In this document: positions 52,201 to 64,000 of the stretch, in pieces
How positions within the stretch are numbered: position 1 is the first letter of the stretch
Layout: every line of letters begins with the position of its first letter
NCBI GenBank assembly: GCA_964016885.1
Contig: OZ024741.1
Coordinates: 11,594,001 to 11,658,000 of the forward strand
Length of the DNA: 64,000 nucleotides
Reading direction: 5' to 3'
DNA from: Eledone cirrhosa
Taxonomy: Eukaryota
Translations under genes and position numbers: made by a program
Notes under the pieces: model-generated
Databases searched by the model: none
The model's input: only the letters and a program-made list of their open reading frames with translations
Told to the model about the DNA's origin: nothing

Positions 52201-55200
52201 CTACTGAGTTTCATAGACACACATCTACTGTGTTACATACACACACTTCTACAGAGTTACATATACACACATCTACTGTGTTACATACACATATATCTAT
52301 TGAATAACATACACATATCTACTGAGTTACTTACACGCATCTACTGAGTTGCATACACACATATACTGAGTTACATACACACAGCTACTTCGTTGATACA
52401 CACACGACAACTGAGTTACATACACACAGTTCTACTGAGTTACATAGACACAACAAATGAGTTACATACACACAACTACTGAGTTACATAAACACACGTA
52501 CTGAATTCCATACACACACAACTACTAAGTTACATAGACACACATCTACTCAGTTACATTCACAAACTTCTACTGAGTTACATACACAGACAACTACTGT
52601 GTTACATATGAACAACAACTGAGTTACATACACACATCTACTGACTTACATGCGCACATATATACTGAGTTACATATACACATATATACTTAGTTACATA
52701 CACACATCTACTGTGTTACATACACAAATATCTAATGAGTTACATACACACATCTATTGAGTTACATACACACACATCTACTGAGATACATACACACATA
52801 TATACTGAGTTACATACCCATATCTACTGAGTTACATACACACATCTACTGAGTTACATACCCACACATCTACTGAGTTATATACACACACATCTCCTGA
52901 GTTAAATACAACCTTGTACTGAGTTACATACACACACACATGTACTGAGTTACATACAGACACATCTACTGAGTTACATAAAGACATCTACTAAGTTACA
53001 TACACACATCTACTTAGTTACATACACACATATCTACTGAGTTACATACACACACATCTACTGAGTTACATATACACAATCTACTGAGTTACATACACAC
53101 ACATCTACTGAGTTACATACACACACATCTAGTGAGTTACATACACACATGTATACTAAGTTACATACGAACATCTACTGAGTTACATACACACATCTAC
53201 TGAGTTACATACCCACACATCTACTGAGTTACATACATACATCTACTGAGTTACATACACATATCTACAGAATTACATACACACACATCTACTGAGTTAA
53301 CATATACACACATCTACTTTGTTATATAAACACATATCTACTGCGTTACATACACACACATCTACTGAGTTACATATGCACACATCTACTGTGTTACATA
53401 CTCACATATCTACTAAGTTACATACACACATCTACTGAGTTACATACACACACATCTACTGAGTTACATACACAGATCTACTGAGTTACATACACACACA
53501 TCTACTGAGTTACTTACACACATCTACTGACTTACATACACACATCTACTGAGTTACATACCCACACATCTATTGAGTTAACATATACACATCTAATTTG
53601 TTATATAAAACACATCTCCTGAGTTACATACACACATCGACTGAGTTACATACACACATCTACTGAGTTACATACACACATCTACTGAGTTACATACACA
53701 CACATCTACTGAGTTACATACACACACATCTACGGAGTTACATACACACACATCTACTGAGTTACATACACACACATCTACTGAGTCACATACACACACA
53801 TCTACTGAGTTACATACACACATCTAGTGTGTTACATACACACATGTCTACTGAGTTACATATACACACATCTACTGAGTTACATACAAACACATCTACT
53901 GAATTACATACACACACATCTAGTGAGTTACATACACATATCTATTGAGTTACATACACACATCTACTGTGTTACATACACATACATCTACTGAGTTACA
54001 TACACACACGTCTACTGAGATACATACACATATATTTTGAGTTACATACACATATCTACTGAGTTACATACACACATCTACCCCGTTGCATATACACATA
54101 TCTACTGAGTTACATACAACCCTCTACTGAGTTACATACACACATCTACTGAGTTACATACACACATCTACTGAGTTACATACACACACATCTACTGAGT
54201 TACATATAGACACATCTACTGAGTTACATACACACATATCAACTGAGTTACATACACACATATCTACTGAGTTACATACACATATCTACTGAGTTATATA
54301 CACACACTTCTATTGAGTTACATATACACACATCTACAGAGTTACATACACACACATCTACTGAGATACATAAACACACATCTACTGAGTTACATACACA
54401 TTTATATACTAAGTTACATACACACATCTACTGAGTTACATACACACATCTACTGAGTTACATACACACATATCTACTGAATTACATATACACACATCTA
54501 CTCAGTTACAAACACACATATCTACTGAGTTACACACACACACATCTACTGAGTTACATACACCCATATTTACTGAGTTACATATTTACACATCTACTGA
54601 GTTACATACACACATCTACTGAGTTATATACACACACATCTCCTGAGTTACATACTCACAACTACTGAGTTACACACACACACATCTCCTGAGTTACATA
54701 CTCACAACTACTGAGTTACATACACACATATCTACTGAGTTACATACGTACATCTACTGATTTACATAGATACACATCCACTGAGTTACATACACACATC
54801 TACTGAGTTACATACACACCTCTAATGAGTTACATACACACACATCTACTGAGTTACATATACACACATCTACTGTGTTACATACACATATATCTATTGA
54901 GTAACATACACACATCTACTGATTTACTTACACCCATCTATTGAGTTACATACACACCTATACTGAGTTACATACACACAGATCTACTGAGTTACATACA
55001 CATATCTACCGAGTTACATACACACATCTACAGAGTTACATACACACACATCTACTGAGTTACATACACACACATCTACTGGGTTACATACACACATCTA
55101 CTGAGTTACATACACACAGATCTAGTGAGTTACATACATACATCTACTGAGTTACATACACACACATCTACTATGTTACATACACACACACATCTACTGA

Positions 55201-58200
55201 GTTACATACACACACATCTACTGAGTTACATACACACATTTACTGAGTTACATACACACACATCTACTGTGTTACTTACACACACGTCTATTGAGTTACA
55301 TACAAACATCTACAGAGTTACATACACTCACATCTACTGAGTTACATACACACATCTACAGAGTTGCATACACACACATCTACCGAGTTACATACACATA
55401 TCTACTGAGGTACATACACACACACAACTACTGAGTTACATGCACACATCTACTGAGTTACATGCACACATCTACTGAGTTACATACACTCACATCTACT
55501 GAGTTACAAACACACACATCTACTGAGTCACATACACACGCATCTACTGAGTTACATACATACACATCTACTAAATTACATACACACACATCTACTGAGT
55601 TACATACACACGCATCTACTGAGTTACATACACACATCTGCTGAGTTACATACACACACATCTACTGAGTTACATACACACATCTACTTAGTTACATACA
55701 CACATCTACTGAGTTACATACACACACATCCACTGAGTTACATACATACACATCTACTTAGTTACATACACACACATCTACTGATTTACATACACACATC
55801 TACTGAGTTACATATACACACATCTACTGAGATACATAAACACATCTACAGAGTTACATACACACATCTACTTACTTACATACACACACATCTACTAAGT
55901 TACATACACACATCTACTGAGTTACATATACACACATCAACGGAGATACATAAACACATCTACAGAGTTACATACACACACATCTACTGAGTTACATACA
56001 CTCACATCTACTGAGTTACATACACACACATCTACTGAGTTACATACACACATCTACTTAGTTACATATATACATCAACTGAGTTACATACACGCACATC
56101 TACTGAGTTACATACATACATCTACTGAGTTACATACACACACATCTACTGAGTTACATACACACATCTACTGAGTTACATACACACACATCTACTGTGT
56201 TACATACACACACACCTACTGAGTTACATACACACATCTACAGAGTTACATACACTCACATCTACTGAGTCACATACACACACACATTTACTGAGTTACA
56301 TATACACGCACATCTACTGAGTTACATACACACACATCCACTGTGTTTCATATACACACATCTACTGAGCTACATACACACATCTACTGTGTTACATACA
56401 CACATATATACTGAGTTACATATACACACATATACTGAGTTACATACACACACGTCTACTGAGTTACATACACACACATCTACTGAGTTACATATACACA
56501 AAAACTGAGTTGCATACACACACTACTGAGTTCCATACACACATATATACTAAGTTACATACACACACAAATACTTAGTTACATATGCACAAAAACTGAG
56601 TTACGTACACACAAAAACTGAGTTACGTACACACATATCTACTGAGTTACATACACACATATCTACTGAGTAACGTATACACACATATACTTAGTTACAT
56701 ACACACATCTACTGAATTACATACACACATATCTACTGAGTTACATACACACATCTACTGAGATATATACACATGTCTACTGAGTTACATACACACACAT
56801 CTACTGAGTTACATACACACATCTACTGAATTTACATACACACACATCAACTGAGTTACATACACACATATCTACTGAGTGACATATACACACATCTACT
56901 GAGTTACATGCACACACATCTACTGAGTTACATACATACACATCTACTGAGTTACATACACACACATCTACTGAGTTATATACATACATCTACTGTGTTA
57001 CATACACACATATATACTGAGTTACATATACACACATCTACTGAGTTACATACACACATCTACGGAGTTACATACACACACATCTACTGAGTTACATACA
57101 CACACATCTACCGAGTTACATACACAGATTCACTGAGTTACATACACACATCTACTGAGTTACATACACACATCTAATGAGTTACATACACACATATCTA
57201 CTCAGTTACATACACACATCTACTGATTTACAAACACACACATCTACTGAGTTACATATGCACACACATCTACTGAGTTTCATAGACACACATCTACTGA
57301 GTTACATACACACATCTACTGAGTTACATACACACATCTACTGAGTTACATACACACATCTACTGAGTTACATACACACACATCTACGAAGTTACATACA
57401 CACACATCTACTGAGTTACATACACACACATCTACTGAGTCACATACACACACATCTACTGAGTTACATACACACATCTAGTGTGTTACATACACACATG
57501 TCCATGTCTACTGAGTTACATATACACACATCTACTGAGTTACATACAAACACATCTACTGAATTACATACACACACATCTACTGAGTCACATACACACA
57601 CATCTACTGAGTTACATACAAACATCTACTGTGTTACATAGACACATATATACTGAGTTACATATACACACATATACTGTGTTACATACACACACCTACC
57701 GAGATACATACACACACATCTACTGAGTTACATACACACATATCTACTGAGTTACATACATACACCTCTACTGAGTTACATACACACACATCTACTGAGT
57801 TACATACACACACATCTACTGAGTTATATACATACATCTACTGTGTTACATACACACATATATACTGAGTTACATAAACACACATCTACTGAGTTACATA
57901 CACACATCTACGGAGTTACATACACACACATCTACTGAGTTACATACACACACATCTACCGAGTTACATACACAGATTCACTGAGTTACATACACACATC
58001 TACTGAGTTACATACACACATCTAATGAGTTACATACACACATATCTACTCAGTTACATACACACATCTACTGATTTACAAACACACACATCTACTGAGT
58101 TACATATGCACACACATCTACTGAGTTTCATAGACACACATCTACTGTGTTACATACATACACTTCTACAGAGTTACATATACACACATCTACTGTGTTA

Positions 58201-61200
58201 CATACACATATATCTATTGAATAACATACACATATCTACTGAGTTACTTACACGCATCTACTGAGTTGCATACACACATATACTGAGTTACATACACACA
58301 GCTACTTCGTTGATACACACACGACAACTGAGTTACATACACACAGTTCTACTGAGTTACATAGACACAACAAATGAGTTACATACACACAACTACTGAG
58401 TTACATAAACACACGTACTGAATTCCATACACACACAACTACTAAGTTACATAGACACACATCTACTCAGTTACATTCACAAACTTCTACTGAGTTACAT
58501 ACACAGACAACTACTGTGTTACATATGAACAACAACTGAGTTACATACACACATCTACTGACTTACATGCGCACATATCTACTGAGTTACATATACACAT
58601 ATATACTTAGTTACATACACACATCTACTGTGTTACATACACAAATATCTAATGAGTTACATACACACATCTATTGAGTTACATACACACACATCTACTG
58701 AGATACATACACACATATATACTGAGTTACATACCCATATCTACTGAGTTACATACACACATCTACTGAGTTACATACCCACACATCTACTGAGTTATAT
58801 ACACACACATCTCCTGAGTTAAATACAACCTTGTACTGAGTTACATACACACACACATGTACTGAGTTACATACAGACACATCTACTGAGTTACATACAG
58901 ACATCTACTAAGTTACATACACACATCTACTTAGTTACATACACACATATCTACTGAGTTACATACACACACATCTACTGAGTTACATATACACAATCTA
59001 CTGAGTTACATACACACACATCTACTGAGTTACATACACACACATCTAGTGAGTTACATACACACATGTATACTAAGTTACATACGAACATCTACTGAGT
59101 TACATACACACATCTACTGAGTTACATACCCACACATCGACTGAGTTACATACATACATCTACTGAGTTACATACACATAGCTACAGAATTACATACACA
59201 CACATCTACTGAGTTAACATATACACACATCTACTTTGTTATATAAACACATATCTACTGCGTTACATACACACACATCTACTGAGTTACATATGCACAC
59301 ATCTACTGTGTTACATACTCACATATCTACTAAGTTACATACACACATCTACTGAGTTACATACACACACATCTACTGAGTTACATACACAGATCTACTG
59401 AGTTACATACACACACATCTACTGAGTTACTTACACACATCTACTGACTTACATACACACACATCTACTGAGTTACATACACACACATCTACGGAGTTAC
59501 ATACACACACATCTACTGAGTCACATACACACACATCTACTGAGTTAACATATACACACATCTACTTTGTTATATAAACACATATCTACTGAGTTACATA
59601 CCCACACATCTATTGAGTTAACATATACACATCTAATTTGTTATATAAAACACATCTCTTGAGTTACATACACACATCGGCTGAGTTACATACACACATC
59701 TACTGAGTTACATACACACATCTACTGAGTTACATACACACACATCTACTGAGTTACATACACACACATCTACGGAGTTACATACACACACATCTACTGA
59801 GTCACATACACACACATCTACTGAGTTACATACACACATCTAGTGTGTTACATACACACATGTCTACTGAGTTACATATACACACATCTACTGAGTTACA
59901 TACAAACACATCTACTGAATTACATACACACACATCTACTGAGTCACATACACACATATCTACTGAGTTACATACAAACATCTACTGTGTTACATAGACA
60001 CATATATACTGAGTTACATATACACACATATACTGTGTTACATACACACACCTACCGAGATACATACACACACATCTACTAAGTTACATACACACATATC
60101 TACTGAGTTATATACACTCATATACTGTGTTACATACACACACATCTACTGAGATACATACACACGCATCTACTGAGTCACGTATATACATCGACTGAGT
60201 TACATACACACATTTCTACTGAGTTACATATACACACATCTACTTTGTTACATACACACATATCTAGTGAGTTACATACACATATCTATTGAGTTACATA
60301 CACACATCTACTGTGTTACATACACATACATCTACTGAGTTACATACACACACGTCTACTGAGATACATACACATATTTTGAGTTACATACACATATCTA
60401 CTGAGTTACATACACACATCTACTCCGTTGCATATACACATATCTACTGAGTTACATACAACCCTCTACTGAGTTACATACACACATCTACTGAGTTACA
60501 TACACACATCTACTGAGTTACATACACACACATCTACTGAGTTACATATAGACACATCTACTGAGTTACATACACACATATCAACTGAGTTACATACACA
60601 CATATCTACTGAGTTACATACACATATCTACTGAGTTATATACACACACTTCTATTGAGTTACATATACACACATCTACAGAGTTACATACACACACATC
60701 TACTGAGATACATAAACACACATCTACTGAGTTACATACACATTTATATACTAAGTTACATACACACATCTACTAAGTTACATACACACATCTACTGAGT
60801 TACATACACACATATCTACTGAATTACATATACACACATCTACTCAGTTACAAACACACATATCTACTGAGTTACACACACACACATCTACTGAGTTACA
60901 TACACCCATATTTACTGAGTTACATATTTACACATCTACTGAGTTACATACACACATCTACTGAGTTATATACACACACATCTCCTGAGTTACATACTCA
61001 CAACTACTGAGTTACACACACACACATCTCCTGAGTTACATACTCACAACTACTGAGTTACATACACATATATCTACTGAGTTACATACGTACATCTACT
61101 GATTTACATAGATACACATCCACTGAGTTACATACACACATCTACTGAGTTACATACACACCTCTAATGAGTTACATACACACACATCTACTGAGTTACA

Positions 61201-61367
61201 TATACACACATCTACTGTGTTACATACACATATATCTATTGAGTAACATACACACATCTACTGATTTACTTACACCCATCTATTGAGTTACATACACACC
61301 TATACTGAGTTACATACACACAGATCTACTGAGTTACATACACATATCTACCGAGTTACATACACAC
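49275..61367 (+). repeat. Imperfect tandem duplication of a 5.75-6.3-kb block of diverged monomers (about 49275-55025 and 55026-61367)
   Basis: CTACTGGGTT occurs at 49331/55076 (offset 5745). ORFs at 50890/56801 are identical (offset 5911). GCTACTTCGTTGATACACACACGACAAC occurs at 52384/58301 (offset 5917). CCGTTGCATATA occurs near 54083/60425 (offset about 6342). Confidence 0.9.
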
Positions 61368-62229
61368 AGTCTACTGAGTTACATACACACACATCTACTG
61401 AGTTACATATACACAACAACTGAGTTACATACACACAACTACTGAGTTATATACACACATTACTGAGTTCCATACACACATATATACTAAGTTACATACA
61501 CACACATCTACTGAGTTACATATGTACAACAACTGAGTTACGTACACACACATCTACTGAGCTACATACACACACATCTACTGAGTTACATACACACATC
61601 TACTGAGTTACATACACACACATCTACTGAGGTAAATACACACACATCTACTGAGTTACATACTCACAACTACTGAGTTACATACACACATAGCTACTGA
61701 TGTATATACACACATCTACTGAGTTACATACACACACATCTACTGAGTTACATACAACCACATCTACTGAGTTACATACACACATAGCTACTGATGTATA
61801 TACACACATCTACTGAGTTACATACACACACATCTACTGAGTTACATACACATACATCTAGTGAGTTACATACACGCATCTACTGAGTTACATACACACA
61901 TGTCTACTGAGTTACAACAACTGAGTTACATACACACAACTACTTAGTTACATACACACATCTACAGAGTTACATACACACACATCTACTACGTTACTTA
62001 CACACACATCTACTGAGTTACGTACACACGCATCTACTAAGATACATACACACACATCTACAGAGTTACATACATATATCTAATGTGTTACAGACACACT
62101 TTTCTACTGAGTTACATATACACACATCTACTGTGTTACATACACACATATCTAGTGAGTTACATACACACTCATCTACTGAGTTACATATACACAGCTA
62201 CTGTGTTACATACATACATCTACTGAGTT

Positions 62230-62254
62230 CCGTGATTTAAACATTTTAGGAGAA
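62230..62254. other. 25-bp non-repetitive linker between the two arrays (CCGTGATTTAAACATTTTAGGAGAA)
   Basis: This is the only stretch of the window that matches neither monomer. It is flanked by TACTGAGTT on the left and AGTCACGACCTGGGTT on the right. Confidence 0.9.
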
Positions 62255-64000
62255 AGTCACGACCTGGGTTAGTAGTCATTACCTCGGTTAGTAGTCCTTA
62301 CCTGGCTTAGTAGTCTCGACCTGGATTAGTAGTCAATACCTGGGTCAGTAGTTACTACCTGGGTTAGTAGTCAATACCTGGGTCAGTAGTCACGACCTGG
62401 GTTAGTAGTCACGACATGGGTTAGTAGTCACTCCCTGGATTACGAGTCATGACCTGGGTTAGTAGTCATGACTTGGGTTAGTAGTCACGACCTGGGGTAG
62501 TAGTCACGACCTGGGTTAGTATTCACGACCTGGGTCTGTAGTCACTACCTGGGTTAGTAGTCACGACCTGGGTTAGTAGTCCTACCTGGGTTAGTAGTCA
62601 CGACCTGGGTTACTAGACACGACCTGGGTTAGTAGTCACTAAATGGGTTAGTAGTCACGACCTGGTTTAGTATTCATGATCTGGGTTAGTAGTCACTACC
62701 TGGTTTAGTAGTCACGACTTGGATCAGTAGTCTCTACCTGGTTTAGTAGTTTTTACCTGGATCAGTAGTTACGACCTGGGTTAGTAGTCACTAGCTGGGT
62801 TAGTATACACTACCTGGGTTAGTAGTCACGGCCTGGGTTAGTAGTCACTACCTGGGTCAGTAGTCACTAACTGGATTATTTTTCACGACTTTGGTTAGTA
62901 GTTATTACCTGGGATAGTAGTCACTACCTGGGTTATTAGTCACTACCTGGGTCAGTAGTCACTACCTGGGTCAGTACTCACTACCTGGTTTAGTAGTCAC
63001 GATCTGGGTTAGTAGTCATTACCTGGATTAGTAGTCATGACCTGGGTTGGTAGTTACGACCTGGGTTAGTAGTCACGACCTGAAATACTAGTCACGACCT
63101 GCGTTAGTAGTCACTACCAGGATTAGTTTCCACGACCTGGATCAGTAGTCACGACCTGGGTTAGTATTCATGTCCTGGGTTACTAGTCACTACCTGGGTT
63201 AGTAGTCAATACTTGGATTAGTATTCGCGACCTGGGTTAGTAGTCACGACATGGGTTAGTAGTCACTACCTGGGTTAGCAGACACGACCAGGGTTAGTAG
63301 TCACGACGTGGGTTAGTAGTCACTACCTAGGGTAGTATTCATTACCAGGGTTATTAGTCACAACCTGGGTCAGTAGTCACTAGCTGGGTTAGTATTTACG
63401 ACCTGGGTTAGTAATCAATACATGGGAACTTAGTTACTACCTGGGTTAGTAATCAATACCTGGGTCAAAAATCACGACCAGGGTTAGTATTCACTACCTG
63501 GTTTAGTAGTCACTACATGGGTCAGTATTCACTACCTGGGTTAGTATTCACAACCTGGGTTAGTAGTTACGACCTGGTTTAGTAGTCACGACCTGGGTTA
63601 GTAGTCACGACCTGGGTTAGTAGTCACTAGCTGGGCTACTAGTCACGGCCTCGGTTAGTAGTCACGACCTGGCTTATTAGTCACGACCTGGGTCAGTAGT
63701 TATGACCTGGGTTAGTAGTCACTACCTGGGTTAGTATTCACGACCTGGGTTAGTAGTCACGAGCTGGGCTAGTAGTCACTAGCTGGGTTACTAGTCATGG
63801 CCTGGGTAGAGTAGTCACGACCTGGGTTATGAGTCACGGCTTGGGTCAGTAGTCACGACCTGGGTTAGTAGTCACGGCTTGGGTCAGTAGTCACGACCTG
63901 GGTTAGTAGTCACGACCTGGATTAGTAGTCACTACCTGGATTAGTAGTCACTACCTGGGTTAGTAGTTATTACCAGGGTTAGTATTCAGGACCTGGGTTA
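62255..64000. repeat. Minisatellite array B, 19-bp monomer AGTCAC(G/T)ACCTGGGTTAGT, about 92 copies; truncated by the right window edge
   Basis: Unit starts at 62255 and 62578 differ by 17x19, and starts at 62596 and 63451 differ by 45x19. Two main variants occur, CACGAC and CACTAC, with frequent single substitutions. Confidence 0.97.

Larger units (their letters stand above)
1..62229. repeat. Satellite/minisatellite array A, monomer TCTACTGAGTTACATA(CA)n, mainly 22/24 bp; truncated by the left window edge
   Basis: The core CTACTGAGTTACATA recurs head-to-tail in one orientation throughout, separated by short CA runs. Monomers of 18 bp (e.g. about 2148-2165), 20, 22, 24, 26 and 28 bp occur. 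The 24-mer is 9A/7C/6T/2G on the + strand. The last core ends as TACTGAGTT at 62229. Confidence 0.98.

Noticed and set aside
489-56989. Minus-strand Cys/Val-rich ORFs (CVCNSVDV)n resembling metallothionein-like or antifreeze repeat proteins
   Set aside because: They are translations of runs of 24-bp monomers and end soon after a 22-bp monomer shifts the frame. None has unique N- or C-terminal sequence, all are 107 aa or shorter, and there is no sign of frame preservation.
3500-60082. Plus-strand His/Thr-rich ORFs (STELHTHT)n and (LLSYIHTH)n resembling mucin or His-rich metal-binding proteins
   Set aside because: These are the same repeat artefact. Constant 2-bp length changes switch frames within ORFs, which argues against coding constraint.
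1-62229. CRISPR-like array (conserved repeat with variable intervening sequence)
   Set aside because: The intervening sequence is only 2-12 bp of CA-type dinucleotides and not unique spacers of about 30 bp. There is no leader and no cas gene.
1-62229. Whole array being a sequencing or amplification artefact
   Set aside because: Rare variants recur in consistent multi-monomer contexts, with hierarchical duplication and an edge gradient, as expected of an evolved array. Individual duplications could still be assembly errors.
62230-62254. TTTTAGG as a telomere seed, AGGAG as a Shine-Dalgarno site, or TTTAAA as a promoter element in the linker
   Set aside because: These are single short motifs expected by chance, with no downstream start codon or ORF.
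62255-64000. Canonical telomere or strong G-quadruplex array
   Set aside because: No tandem (TTAGGG)n is present. There is one GGG per 19 bp with 16-nt loops, and many units have lost the GGG. Only the weaker subtelomeric hypothesis is kept.
1-64000. Transposon insertions, terminal inverted repeats or inversions within the arrays
   Set aside because: I saw no reverse-complement monomers (GTAACTCAGTAGA) on the + strand and no non-repeat insert other than the 25-bp linker.

Overview
The window is almost entirely non-coding tandem-repeat (satellite/minisatellite) DNA, most plausibly from eukaryotic heterochromatin; the organism cannot be identified from the sequence. Bases 1-62229 are one single-orientation array with consensus TCTACTGAGTTACATA(CA)3-4, mainly 22 and 24 bp monomers (about 2,700 copies by length division). 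Rare variant monomers show that this array was built by nested, imperfect segmental duplications at offsets of about 0.19 to 8.7 kb, and it becomes more diverged toward its right end. A 25-bp non-repetitive linker (62230-62254) is followed by a second array of 19-bp units (AGTCAC(G/T)ACCTGGGTTAGT, about 92 copies) that contains a telomere-like GGGTTAG and runs off the window end. All listed ORFs are by-products of the 24-bp period. I find no support for genes, RNA genes, mobile elements, CRISPR arrays or a novel coding system. The notable signals are architectural: the array junction, a possible common origin of the two monomers, and the duplication history recorded in variant monomers. Duplication boundaries were read by eye and are approximate.
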